NCBI RefSeq assembly: GCF_006345805.1
Contig: NC_042998.1
Location: 44,826,001 to 44,890,000 of the forward strand
DNA: 64,000 nucleotides
Direction of reading: 5' to 3'
Source of the DNA: Octopus sinensis
Taxonomy: Eukaryota
Shown here: piece by piece, positions 1 to 13,115 of the stretch
How positions within the stretch are numbered: the stretch's first letter is position 1
How the letters are laid out: each line of letters starts with the position of its first letter
Translations under genes and position numbers: made by a program
Notes under the pieces: generated by a model
The model's database searches: none
Seen by the model: only the letters and a program-made list of their open reading frames with translations
What the model was told of the DNA's origin: nothing

Positions 1-1488
1 TTCGTCATTGAGCATCACAAGATAGCTACAAAAAGGCTTGATCAATAAAAGGGGTAATAATTCCTCCAAATCGCCGAATTGTGTAAGAAAATGTTGATTG
101 CACTATACCAGTTATCATCCACAACATCAACATCTGTTTTAATTGTCCGTAAAATACCACTTTCCCATGAAGTATGCCATTGTTGCCAAAACTATTTAGA
201 ATGCTATCAGCAGAAAGGATTTTATTGATAATCATGTAAAAAGTATACCAGAGCTAGAATGTATTAATTAAATGAAAGGCTGGAGGAGAATTCCAATAAA
301 ATTTACAATCCGGCGCAATCTCAACAGACGTGGTATTGCTCTATGAGACACGAAGCGAAAGATATTTACTGTTGAAAAGATCAGTTGCCCAATGGCTGTA
401 AACGTCTCATCTAAGGTTGTTGAACATACAAGGTATAATGATTTCATGTATCTTAATTTCATATGCACGAATCATCTCTATTGCAGGAGGCTATGAAAAA
501 ACAAATTTACATAAGGGTCTAAAAACTGATATTTCCAATACAAACTAGACCCGCCAGTTTCCAAATCCAACCCGTTAGTGTCTCAGTGAGTATCTGTAAA
601 ACATTCTAATCATCCTTCATTGGTGTTTCCTGGATCGAGTTTCTTACACAATTACATATGTGCATATAACACACAAACATGCATAAAGAGCACTCGCATA
701 CATTCGTGTACTAAAAACACATGTAAAGCATTGCACGAATGCTAGTACACTTCCATATGCACACTCACATGTATGCACACATTAACTCGCACTCGAAAAT
801 ATCTAGTAACGTCTTCACTTTTACAAAGAAGCATTGTCATTTTGTTAGTGACCGGCTTAAATTTTGCGAAGAAGAATTGAAGTAATTCTCAAGGAAAACC
901 TTCAAGATCTAGCTCAAATTCTGCAAATACAATATGAAAGAAGAGTAACAGAAAATATGCAAGATGTTTCAGAAATTCAAGATGTAACTCTATGCTTTTT
1001 TCTTATCTAAATTCCAATAATGGAGATTTGTTTCCAAGAATTTTAAAATATTTAAATATACATGCGTACATAGATACATAATATGCACGTGTATATACAC
1101 CCATATACACACGCACACACACACAAACGTACTTTATGTACATATGCATACATGTATACATATATGAATATATGCAGACTATCATACACAGTTACGTACA
1201 CACATACATGTAGAAATCCATATATGCATTAACAAGGTATTAACGAAACTGGAAAAATCGCAAAACATTCCAGCAGTTAGCTCAATAGTATGGTCACCCA
1301 TACTCGTCTATATTGTGTAATCATACGAATGTTTACGCAAAACTAAATTCAAACATACAGATTTACACATTCAATAGCATCCATACATACAAATGTACAT
1401 AGCCACATCTACATACACATACACATGCATACACAAATATATACATACATGTATACATGCATAGATGCATTATATTACATTACATGTA

Positions 1489-1710
1489 AAGGCAGCGAGA
1501 GGACAGAAACGTTAGCACGCCGGACAAAATGCTTCGCGGCATATATCCTGTCCTTACGTTCTGAGTTCAAGTTCTGTCGAGGTTGACTTTCTATTTCTTT
1601 TTTTTGGGGGGGGGGATGAAATATGTACAAGTCACGCATTGGGGTCGATGTAATTGACTAGTCCCCTATCCTAAAATTTCAGGGCTTGAACCTATAATAG
1701 AAAGGATTGT
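1489..1710 (+). mobile_element. SINE family A monomer
   Basis: Head GGCAGCGAG..CAGAAACGTTAGCACG, B-box GAGTTCAAG, tail ..CCTATAATAGAAAGGATT. Confidence 0.8.
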
Positions 1711-1711
1711 A

Positions 1712-2097
1712 TTGTTTTCTATTCTAGGCACAAGGCCCGAAATTTCTGGGGAAGTGGCCAGGCGATTAGATCGACCCCAGTACGCAAGTGGTACTAAATT
1801 TATCAACCCGGAAAGGATGAAAGGCAAACTCGACTTCAGCGGAATTTGAACTCAAAGCATAAAGACAGACGAAATACCTATTTCTTTACTACCCACAAGA
1901 GGCTAAACACAGCGGGGACAAACAAGGACAGAGAAACGGATTGAGTCGATTACATCGACCCCAGTGCGTAACTGGTACTTATCTAATCGACCCCGAAAGG
2001 ATGAAAGGCAAAGTCGACCTCGGCGGAATTTGAACTCCGAACTTGAAGATAGTCGAAATACCGCTAACTATTTCGCCCGGCGTGCTAACGTTTCTGA
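1712..2097 (-). mobile_element. SINE family A dimer
   Basis: Two body units (GCCTTTCATCCTTTCGGGGTCGAT..AGTACC) joined at GAAATACCTATTTC (plus strand 1871-1884). Confidence 0.88.
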
Positions 2098-3436
2098 CCT
2101 TTCTGATGGTTATTATTTCCCACTTCAATGATCAAATCTTTAAACTTTCGATCTTGTCATTCATTTAATTTTTCAAATAAACACTACCAAGGATTATATA
2201 CAAACATTTATACATAGCCATGTTCATTTTTACAGACGTACGTGTGGTGTGTGTGTGTGTGTGTGTGTTATTTATAAATATGTATGACTGTGTGTGGTTG
2301 TGCTTGTGTATGGTTGGTGATTGACTATTTTTGCGCCAAGTCTGTGGGTTTCATATATTACAAAACAAATCACCTGATGAAGATGAATGTTAAGCTTTAT
2401 TAGCACGCATTGTTTCTATATAATAAAAGGAAGATTACAAAACATCTAGAATTATAAGCTGAATTTATATCGAATACTAAATGCGATTAAATGGAGTTCT
2501 TTTAGAAGGTTTTAATTGGTTTACCTGCATGAATGCAATACTGAGAAACAAAGAGATATCAATAGTTAGATATTTATACGAAGCTATATCTAAATGCATT
2601 GGGTTTCGCCATGAAATTATGCCCCGTAGATCACAGGAATTTCGATATTTGACCCATTCTATTATAATGATAGTGTCAAGGCCGTTGCTACGCTAAAGAA
2701 TGGCCTTGCTCTTCAGGACCAGATAAAATATATTTCATCCCAAATAACTGATGACTTTCTGCAAAGCTCAAGAAAGACTCACGAGGGAGTGCTGCTCCTA
2801 CATCTGAGACAATGTTGCTATTGCCTGGATAGATATCCTAGATGCATCTAAAGAAAAGCCAACGGACTGACCGTCATAAAGTCGCTCGCTAACACACTAA
2901 CACATTCCAACAATTCCCCTACTGATCTACTGTTCCCACGTTCTGACTTTCTAATCGCTATGTTAACCTCTATTTCTCGGAGCTAGTTGGTTTCTTTCGT
3001 TCAAGCACTCGCGATTCACACTTCTTCAATTATACTGAGTCCATCTTTCTCCGAACTTCTATTCCTTAATTTCTTCTTTTCCAAAATTTTTCCTGCAGCC
3101 GACAATTTGCTGCATTAATTTGCGTTGATCATTTGAGTTTCTGAAAGGAGACGAAACTCTTGAGCACACACCTTATTCCAGATTAAACTAATTAAAAAGG
3201 GAATATTAGAATAGGATTAATAGACTGAAGACGAAGTGAGAAGGCATTATCAGACTGGCAAAATCGTGAGGACGTCGGACAAATAACCCAGTTCAAACCT
3301 TGTCTCTCATCTTTTATCTTTTCTATTCCTCGTGTCAGTGTCGATAAAATTAAGTTCCACTGAAATATTGACCCTATTGGCATCGCTAGCCTTTCTCCTC
3401 ATAACTGTTACCCTTGCGTCTAAATTAGTGTGCTGG

Positions 3437-3705
3437 ATTGGCAAAATCAGCAGAACATCGGGAAAAATCGGTAGGTATCGGACAAAATCATTAGAACATC
3501 GGACAAAATTGGTAGAAAGTCGGGCAAAATCGGTACAAAATCGGCAGAACATCGGACAAAATCGATAGAACATCGGGCAAATCGGCAGGACGTCGGCCAA
3601 TATCGGTAAAACATCTGTCAAAATCTTTAGAATATCGGGCAACATTAGTAGAAAATCGGGCAAATCGATAGAACATTGGACAAAATAGATACACCCTCGG
3701 ACACA
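3437..3705. repeat. Degenerate 21-bp (11+10) tandem array, ~13 units
   Basis: Consensus ATCGGTAGAAC-ATCGGACAAA; one isolated unit at 3254-3283. Confidence 0.88.
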
Positions 3706-4147
3706 ATTCTTTGCTATTTTGCTATATGGCTTTATGATCTGTGTTCAGGTATCACAAAGGTTAAGTTTACATTTCATTCTTTCGGGACCGATAAAACAAA
3801 GTGTCATTCGAGTACTGGGGTCAGTGTAATCGACTAATCTCTTCTCCTCAGAATTTTGCAGCACTTAGTACCGTCTTTTTACGTTCTGATTTCAAATCCA
3901 GCCGAGGTCAACTTTGCCTTTTGCCTTTGTGGAGTCGATCAAATAGAGACGAAGCAAGTATTCGTCGGTAGTTTCAACCACCCTTTGCCTCTCCTTCCAA
4001 ATCTCAGGCTGTGTGCCTACGGTAAAGACAGTTATTATTAAGAACATTAAGAATGTCACGTTGTCGAAGAATTGGTGTTTGGACTCTGTTAAATCTTTTC
4101 AGGTTTTTTACTAATTATAGCTCAGGTTAAAAAAATGTATGTATTTT

Positions 4148-4350
4148 AGAGAGGATCTAGGGAATTATGGAGAAGATATTGCATAAAAGAAATGCCGAAC
4201 ACCTCATTAAAAACACATTTTAATCAATATCTCGGTTAAATTGTCAGATTATCTCATGGTTGCATAATAACGAGGGTTTAAGTATTATTTTATGGTATGA
4301 TATCCATAGGGTTCTTTGGGCTGTAATTTCACTTGGTTATTGCTCTTATT
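4148..4350 (+). repeat. Unclassified ~200-bp dispersed repeat, copy 1
   Basis: AGAGGATCTAG..TATGGAGAAGATA..GAAATGCCGAACACCTC..GCATAATAACGAG..GATATCCATAGGG aligns with 38738-38935. Both copies run into a GCT-rich microsatellite. Confidence 0.8.
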
Positions 4351-4358
4351 GCTGCTGC

Positions 4359-4420
<62 letters not shown>

Positions 4421-4857
4421 TCCTCCTCCAACTGTTGCTGCAGTTGCTGCTGATGGTGATGGTGATGGTGATAGTTTGTTGGAGAGAGTGAAGACAGCTG
4501 TAATCAAGGATATGATGGCGATATTGACGACGATTGATGGTGGTAGTAGTGGTAGTGGCGGTGGTGATCTTAATTGATGGCGGTTTGAACGAGGTTGAAG
4601 AAGAGGAACGAGGGGGTGGAGAAGAAAGAGGGGAGAGGATTAAGCAGCAAAATTATATCCGTTTCCTTGGTTTGTGTGACATTAGTTTCGCGAGTCTCTC
4701 TCTGAATATAGCGCTTAACGAATCACAAGGCCTTAGATTACTAACAAGAAGAAAATGAAATGGTTCTAACGCACATATATTTGTCGGAAAGTTTAGATAT
4801 ATGCATATGTATATAAAGTGTGTGTACATATTTATATATATATATAATTACATATGC

Positions 4858-4899
<42 letters not shown>

Positions 4900-5194
4900 A
4901 TATATATATATATATATAATAATATATACATACCTGTATATACATATATACATGTATATTCTTTTATATATAGATATATATGCATAATATATATATATAT
5001 TATATATAAGACACACATACAGAAACATATATAATACATATATATATATATATATATATAATAAATGAAAAAGGGCAAGCAACAGGTTGCTTAGCCACAT
5101 ACCGAAAAATTAGAAATAGCAGTCAAAGACCGCTTATTTCTATTTCACTCCCCTATATATATATATATTTATATATACACATACATATATATAA

Positions 5195-5250
<56 letters not shown>

Positions 5251-7889
5251 ATATACACACATATATACGTATATACACACATACACACACACATTTATAG
5301 ATATGCCTTTTCCAAACACATTAGTAGTGTAAATGAGGTGAAAAGGCATCAACAGATCATCGAAACCAGGGCTTGCACACAATTCCCCACATGGGGGTCT
5401 ACAGCTATTGTATGGGTCTTGTCATTTGTCGCCTATCAGAAAGCTTACATGTACCGAAAGAATGAAATTTTGTAGTGTCCATTCTTTCCTCGAAGCATGG
5501 TTCCCTTGTTTTATGGCTACAGGAAAACGAGATTGTGTAGCGCTCATTTTTTCTTCCTCGAAAATATTCATAGTAACGCTTGTTTAATAAAATGTTTACA
5601 ATCAAGAATCGAAACCGAATTGCAGATCTATTCACTAGAGATTCATCTTGATTGCGAGTTCGTCATTATTTTTAATGTATTATCTTTTTTACATTGTCCG
5701 AAGGGAAAATAAAGCGAGACAGTGTGGATGTTCTTGCATATCTCAGCGACGTCCGTGACGTAAATTAAATGGAATGAGTCGGTTACCGTTTTAGTTTTAT
5801 TTTACTCCTGTTTATATTAATCTTTATAACAACGTCGAAGTTGGTCAGATTCGTTTAGTAATAAATATGGCATTAATTAGTCAGTTGTAAATCTCAATGT
5901 TGTTGTTGTTTTTTTTATTTCTTATAATGTTAGAAAAGAAAATTAAATAGCTCTTTCTAATGAAAACGAATGCAAAACTATGTCAGAGATGTTTAATAAA
6001 AACAAATAAACCAAGATTTTCTCATGTCCGAAGGAAATAATAAAATGCTAAGTGATGAGTTTTGTGTTGTCCTGGCGCAGCAACCGTGGAATTCATAAAG
6101 AAAATAGTAAATGATTGTGTGCGATATGTCAGACATAATTTGCTCTTTAAGTTTAAAAGCAAAACATAAGAAAATAATACACGAAGGCAAACACAGAAAG
6201 GTAGAGCTACGTTGGAAACAAACGTTAATAAATTATCTTCTCTCTTTTGTATATGAGAGCAGCTGGAAGGTGAGCGAATGTGATTCGATGGAGAACCAGA
6301 CAACTAGTCGTGATATTGGTAGTTCATACACAATCAAATTGTGTCAACAATCAAGGTATTTGATTCTCAAAGGTCCATTCCATTTAGCTGTAAGTAGTTA
6401 CCATTGGCGGTGTAAGTCTGCCGCTAAAATCATCGGTTGTACAATGGAATTAAAATTGCTTCGTTGATACGATATACAAAGTTCAGTTTCTCACTAGAGA
6501 AAAGCTACCTCCGCAAGACCTGTCCTATCACAGAGGAAGGTGTGAGGATCACTTTTTTTATCCGCCTAGTGTCACAATAACTGTGATAATTCGTTCAGTA
6601 TTGAGTTATTGAGTTGAGCATTCACTTAAAAGGGTTTTTTGCGATTTTCAAAACTATTGGTTTCTACTTTTTAAACACATAAATATTTGGGAACAGGTAG
6701 AAATATTCTTTGATTCGGTGATTTAAATCAATAACACCGACAGATGATTATATCCAGTTTGCGATTTGATTTCAATTCTTATTAATAGAAATTTGATTTT
6801 GCCTTCATCGCTGAAGGATTTTCCATCGGTTTCGATGGTGAGCAATCAGTTATTCGATAAGCTGAACATCCAACTCGTCAAATGAACGTTTAAGTGGGTG
6901 AGTATTCCACAGACACGAGTACTCCTAAAGTAAAACTTGACCTTTGAATTACTTGTTCGATCCGTCCGAGGGGCTTCTATTAGTTTCCATCTACACAGTT
7001 TCACTCACAAGGCTGGAGTCAACCCGAGGTTATGGTTAAAGACATTAACCCAAGATGCTACGCAGAGCTTGAACCCGAGACTGCATGATTGTAAAGGAAA
7101 CTTTCTTAACCACATAGCCATGCCTGTGACCACCTTCATCGGTCTTACCCTTAAGAGTAGCATAAATAACAAACAACTGCAAATATCTACTCCTTATAAT
7201 TTGAGATCGAAGGTCTATATAACAATTTGAAAAAAAATATTTTAGTTTTGGTGGTGGTGGTGGTGGTGGTTGCGGTGCTGGCAGCAATCGTTGTGGTGGC
7301 GGTGGTATCGGTAGCGGTACTGCTGCTACTGCTGCAGGTGTCAGGGTATTCTTTTTCGAAAGACAGGTTACAAACTTATCGCAGGAGCAGGTTTTTTTTG
7401 TGAACGGATTGTGTGAACTGGAGATAGGTGGAAACTAAAACTGTCACATAATGCAACAAAAAAAAACAAAAAAAACATCCAAGATATCTGACACAACTCT
7501 TACATTTTCTTTACCTTTAATCAATTTCGTACTTGATTTATCGATCAGAGTTGAAGAAGTAAGGAGGCAAGCTGAGGTAAATAACACCTTGACTCCTTTG
7601 TTAGCTGTTGTAAAATATCAATTTCCTTAGAGTAAGAAAAAACCATATATCTTGAAGAAGAGAAATTAAATTTGTGATTTTAATGCCGATCTTGAAAATA
7701 TTGGAGTTGCATGAGGGAAATGAAGATACTTCAAACAGATATCGAAATCGAAATCATATCGCCGATTCGATTTTCTGTGAATGTATATGTATGTGTATGT
7801 TTTGTGTATGTATATGTGTGTGTGTATAAATATATATCTATATGTGTGTATATATACATACATGCATGCATACATACATATATATTCAT

Positions 7890-7961
<72 letters not shown>

Positions 7962-8236
7962 CCTGCTTTGAGGCCTTCGCATAGAAAGATATCCTTGCAT
8001 CTTGAGGTATTAAAAGCTATAAGTTAGTTTTTAAAATCCTATTTTTTACTGTCGAGTCAATCAAGTAAACCATATTGGGTCCCTGGAGAATGGGTCCTCG
8101 GAGAACAGCTTGATATCGACAGAAACTATCACTCTATCATAGTTAGATTTGAACACAACGTTGCCATTTATGGAAATACTTGTCAATGATATAATGCTCC
8201 CACAGCTGAGAGCATATTGCATATTAGTTCCAAATA

Positions 8237-9064
8237 TTGGCACGCGACCAGCAGTTCTAAGGGGAGAAGATAACCGTTTCCATTAACTCCAGTACTCGGT
8301 TGATACTTTATTTATCAACCGGAGAAGGCTGATAGTCGAAGTTGACTTTGGCGGCATTTGAACTCTGAACGTAAATACCCGGAAAAAATGCTGCTAAGCA
8401 CTTTGTCTGGCGCGGTAACGATTATACCCTCTCACCGCTTTATATTGATTTTAGGTTTTGGCACAAGGCCAGCAATTTCGGGGGTTGGGGGTAAATCGAT
8501 TACATCGACTCCAGTGCTCAGCTGGTACTTATTTTATTGACCTTGAAAGGATTAAAAGCAAAGTCGAGTCCATCGGGATTTGAACTCAGAACATAAAGAC
8601 GGACGAAATGCCGCTGAGCATTCTGTCTAGCATGCTAACGATTCTGCCAGCTCGCCACCATATATTCTTTTCTACTCTAGGCACAAGGCCCGAAAATTTT
8701 AGGGAGGAGGCCAGTCGATTAGATCGACCCCAGTACTCAACTGGTACTTAATTTATCGACCCTGAAAGGATGAAAGGCAAAGTCGACCTCGGCGGAATTT
8801 GAACTCACAACGTAAAGACAGACGAAATACCTATTTCTTTACTACCGACAAAGGGCTAAACACACAGAGGACAAACAAGGACAGACAAACGGATTAAGTC
8901 GATTACATCGACCCCAGTGCATAACTGGTACTTAATTTATCGACCCCGAAAGGATGAAAGGCAAAGTCGACCTCGGTGGAATTTGAACTCAGAACGTAAC
9001 GGTAGACGAAATAGGGCTACGCATTTCCCCCGGCGTGCTAACGTTTCTGCCAGCTCGCCGCCTT
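8237..9064 (-). mobile_element. Stack of three family-A SINEs (two monomers and one dimer)
   Basis: Copies at about 8237-8435, 8450-8660 and 8663-9064, all minus and head-to-tail; dimer junction at 8824-8837. Confidence 0.85.
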
Positions 9065-9129
9065 ATATTGTCAGATAAAATTGCTGGAGTAGGTCAGTAA
9101 AAATCCATCCAACTGCTTAACAGAGACTC

Positions 9130-9500
9130 ATTCACGGGCTTGTTTCAAACCCTGACCCATGGGCTGTCTGTTCTAGCCATATTATAACAGAGTTTTCTGC
9201 TTCTCTGAACTAGAAAAATTCCGCAACCCCTCCATGTAAGAACTTCCTATGTACCCGCCCTCCTCCTCTAGTTATTCATGTTTTGTCTCAACTCCCCAAC
9301 CAAAACTCGACATCAAAATTTGTTTTGTTTTCTTTGTTGGTACATTATTTCGTTTTAACCAATCTTTTTCCAAGGCCGCCTTTTCACTGAAATTCTCTTC
9401 TACCAATCGCATTAAATCCATTCTAAACATGTACCCCTTCACCCTCGCTAATCCGTAAGTGCTTATAAATGTCCTGGGCGCCGCTCTGCCTCCATCATCT
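9130..9500 (-). mobile_element. Purine-rich degenerate coding fragment, possibly L1/Tx1-derived
   Basis: ORF 9272-9541 (..TFISTYGLARVKGYMFRMDLMRLVEENFSEKAALEKDWLKRNNV..) has the GC and purine bias of the 41-kb ORF1 remnant; no diagnostic motif. Confidence 0.3.
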
Positions 9501-9934
9501 TTAAAGACGAAGAAATCGAAATACATTATAAATCTGATCATAATCTGATAATGTTTATTTCAGATTACAATTATACGATAAATGTATTTAAATTTTCATT
9601 TCGATTTCTAATCGTGTAATTTATTTATTTTATTTTTTAATTTACATTCCCATAGTTATTTTGAATATTATCTTGTAGAAAGAAACATACCCAATCCTAG
9701 ATTTAAATACATATTAACTGCGAAAATTCTATTTTTAATGAAACTATTTAACTCCACATATATTATTTGTCATTAAATTTGAAAAAACTACGTAATTATT
9801 GTCCAATTATGAAATCTTTCGCTTTTATTTTTCTTCTGGCAAATATACACATTCGTATATTAACCTGTTGTTATTCTATGAACTTCCTGTCTCCTATCTA
9901 TTTCTCTCTCTCTCTCTTTCTCTCTCTCACCCTT

Positions 9935-9969
<35 letters not shown>

Positions 9970-10213
9970 TTCTCTCCACTTTCTTTTCCTCTCTTTCTAT
10001 TTCTATATCTATCGTTATGCTTTGTTTTTGTTGGGGATTTTTTTTTGTCTTCTCATCTTCTCACCGCCTTTGTTATTCAACTTTTGCTTAAGCATCATTA
10101 ATCGAGATCTGAATCCAAATAAAACTTATGTTGGTCGGACATATTTCGACATCACGTTGGTTATTTCAGTAAATATACATACATTTTAAGAGTCTCCGAA
10201 TGACAATTAGGAA

Positions 10214-10216
<3 letters not shown>

Positions 10217-10267
<51 letters not shown>

Positions 10268-10800
10268 CAGCCAGTGGCAACCCATAATGGTAAACAAAAA
10301 CTAATTAGGTGATCTGACTTCAAAAGAGATGGTCATCATCATCATCATCATCATCATCATTATCATCATCATCATCATCATCATCAACATCTTTATCATC
10401 ATCATCATCATTTGACGGATAGTATTAAAAGATTAATAATTTAGTGGTGACGAATTTAATCAAGATATAGAGACGTTTCCAATGACGATATTAATAAATG
10501 TCAGCAAATTCGGGTGATGTCCCCATTGGAACCAAAGAAAAGAAGAAAAAAAAATGTATTAATCTTCACTCTGACAGCATTCTATTACTGGGATTGCGGG
10601 GGAGGTGGGGTGATGATTATGGTGGTGGTGGTGGCGGTGGCGGCGGCGGCGGCGGCGGTGGTGGTGGTGGTGGTGATGGTGGTGGTGTGGTGGTGGTGGT
10701 GGTGGTGGTGGTGGTGGTGGTGGTGGTGGTGAACATGACGAAGGTGGAGACGACGATGATGATGATCATGATGATCATGATGATCAATGATGATCACGAT
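10217..10800. repeat. Microsatellite cluster (GAAA)n, (CAT)n, (GGT/GGC)n, (GAT)n
   Basis: Read directly from the sequence. Confidence 0.95.
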
Positions 10801-10929
10801 TATGATGCCGCTTTTTTGTCCATAATCATTATTCTTAAGCCGGCAAAGTCGGGCAAAAATGAATGTCTTGCAGCAGTGGGTCTTTAACATTCTGACAGCG
10901 ACGTTTGCAACGGCATTGTTGCCAAACTA

Positions 10930-11160
10930 CGTACATATTTCTTTATTACCCACAAGGGGCTAAACACAGAGGGGACAAACAAGGACAGACATAGGTATTA
11001 AGTCGATTACATCGACTCCAGTGCGTGACTGGTACTTAATTTATCGACCCCGAAAGGATGAAAGGCAAAGTCCACCTCGGCGGAATTTGAACTCACAACG
11101 TAACGACAGACGAAATACGGCTACGCATTTCGCCCGGCGTGCTAACGATTCTGCCAGCTC
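10930..11160 (-). mobile_element. SINE family A monomer with type-2 tail
   Basis: Head and body, then TTTGTCCCCTCTGTGTTTAGCCCCTTGTGGGTAATAAAGAAATA tail. Confidence 0.88.
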
Positions 11161-11178
11161 AAGTCGGTGGTCATAGCG

Positions 11179-11400
11179 ATGGCTCGAGTAAACTAGAATG
11201 GCCCGACGAATAGTGTTAATGGCCCGACGAATAGTGTTATGGCCTACGAAAATTAGTTATGATCCGAGGAAACTAGCGATGGCCGGGAAAAAAAAACAAA
11301 GCAGTTGGCCGAATGACTGCCACTAGTGATGATTAGCGAAAACTAATGATGTTCACAAAAGGAACTTAATATGATGGACGAGCAAATAAGTATGTTTCGG
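11179..11400. repeat. Degenerate ~20-bp tandem array
   Basis: ATGGCCCGACGAATAGTGTTA-like units at 11179, 11198, 11219, 11239, 11259 and 11279, decaying rightwards. Confidence 0.7.
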
Positions 11401-11627
11401 GCAGAGCTCTTTGTTAAAATGGAAAATACAGTCGTACATTGAGAATGGTAGTTATTCCTGCTGCTGCTGCTGCTGTTTTATTGTTTACAATTCAACCCTG
11501 TTCAAAGGCATTCTAGCCTTGACCGTCCCGTAGTTTTAGCGATATCTCGGACTACGTTATGTAATATCCACTCACCATTTTTTAATGACATTAGCGTATG
11601 GTTTAAATAAGTTTCACTACTATTTCT

Positions 11628-12044
11628 TATTTCTTTATTGCCCACAAGGGGCTAAACATAGAGGGGACAAACAAGGACAGACAAGGGGATGAAGTCGATT
11701 ACATCGACTCCAGTGCGTAACTGGTATTTAATTTATCGACCCCGAAAGGATGAAAGGCAGAGTCGACCTCGGTGGAATTTGAACTCAAACATACAGACAG
11801 ACGAAATACTTATTTCTTTACTACCCACAAGGGGCTAAACACAGAGGGAACAAACAAGGACAGACAAACGGATTAAGTCGATTATATCGACTCCAGTGCG
11901 TAATTGGTACTTATTTAATCGACCCCGAAAGGATGAAAGGCAAAGTCGACCTCGGCGGAATTTGAACTCAGAATGTAACGGCAGATGAAATACGGCTACG
12001 CATTTCGTCCGGCGTGCTAACGTGTCTGCCAGCTCGCCGCCTTG
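11628..12044 (-). mobile_element. SINE family A dimer
   Basis: Junction at 11803-11816; probable TSD AGTTTCAC(T/C)ACTATTTCT at 11610-11627 and 12052-12069. Confidence 0.88.
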
Positions 12045-12340
12045 CAATAGTAGTTTCACCACTATTTCTAACAGACCGAAATACTTAATAGAGGTCCTCT
12101 CATCGACTCACTGAGAGTTTCAGTGCTTTCATCGGCAAAAACAGATCTCATGACAGTTGCAGAAATCGTACTATCGAAGCGCAGGTCGGTAAACTAGGTA
12201 TTCTAGAGAATAAGCTAGTTGCATGCTATGGTCAATGAAATCTTTTGTCATCGTCATTTCCTTCTATCAAAAATACAGAACAAAAGTGATAATGTGTCTT
12301 ATTTCTCATGCGAGGTGTCAATTACGGCATCAAATAATAG

Positions 12341-12558
12341 CCAATCAATCAATCAAATTCTATGGCCTATGGAGACATATATCCACAGCAAGAGACGCAG
12401 GCTCCTTCCGCTCGGCATCTTTCTAGTCATCAACCAGCTTCAGATCTTCCGCCATTTTCCTTCCTAACTATTCATTAATATGGCTCAACCACTCCGTTTG
12501 TGGTCTTCCTCTATCCTACACTTCTTTTATCCGGAAGATTTGTCCAGGCATGACCGTG
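12341..12558 (-). mobile_element. RTE-clade LINE 3' end
   Basis: Degenerate translation VMPGQI..RGRPQTEWLSHINE*LGRKMAEDLKLVDD; (GATT)n tail. Confidence 0.65.
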
Positions 12559-12635
12559 TATGAGGGGAATGTGATACAATGATATAGCGATATGTAGGAA
12601 TGTGTGTGTATGTGTGTATGTGTATGTGTGTGTGT

Positions 12636-12686
<51 letters not shown>

Positions 12687-13048
12687 TCTTTGTGTTTAAA
12701 TATGTTTAAATATGTTTTCAAATGTGAGTGTCCAACTATGTGTATTATGTGAGCTTGCGTTTATATACGTTTATATACGGGAGTGATTGTCTTGGCATCT
12801 GTGTGTGCGTATGAAATGTTTGCTATTTTACGAAATAATAGCAGAAATAATTTTTCGCTATGTGATTTTCCAAATGGCTGATTTAGCTTGATATGTCATG
12901 TGATTTTAAAGGAAAATGTCTGAAAGAAAAATAAAACCGAGCGGAAAGTAACGAAGGTATACACACACACACAGATAAACACATACATACATATATACAT
13001 ACATATATACGTACATATAAGCATACATAGATATACATATACATACAA

Positions 13049-13079
<31 letters not shown>

Positions 13080-13106
13080 CTCACACATACACATTTTACA
13101 TATCCG

Positions 13107-13115
13107 TATAGACAC

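Noticed and set aside
1-480. Protein-like minus-strand peptides (SHWATDLFNSKYLSLRV.., WHTSWESGILRTIKTD..)
   Set aside because: Multiple stops and frame changes and no recognisable motif; cannot be called without a BLASTX search.
2374-2420. CTGATGAAG hammerhead-like start; also CTGATGA at 2737 and on the minus strand at 54330-54336
   Set aside because: No GAAA box follows a stem at the right position.
3332-3568. 78-aa ORF with a hydrophobic N-terminus and basic heptad tail
   Set aside because: The tail is read-through of the 21-bp array, whose 9-11 bp half-units shift frame; no splice or homology support.
4741-5475. ORFs rich in YI/IY, CV, HT, LSIY, poly-C/V/I/S here and throughout the ORF track
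   Set aside because: They are translations of (TA)n, (TG)n, (GATA)n and trinucleotide microsatellites, with no protein-like complexity.
6225-6280. Possible microexon (pyrimidine tract..AG, then AAG|GTGAGC); a similar candidate lies at 39841-39870
   Set aside because: Weak acceptor or donor, and such motifs are common by chance; needs RNA-seq.
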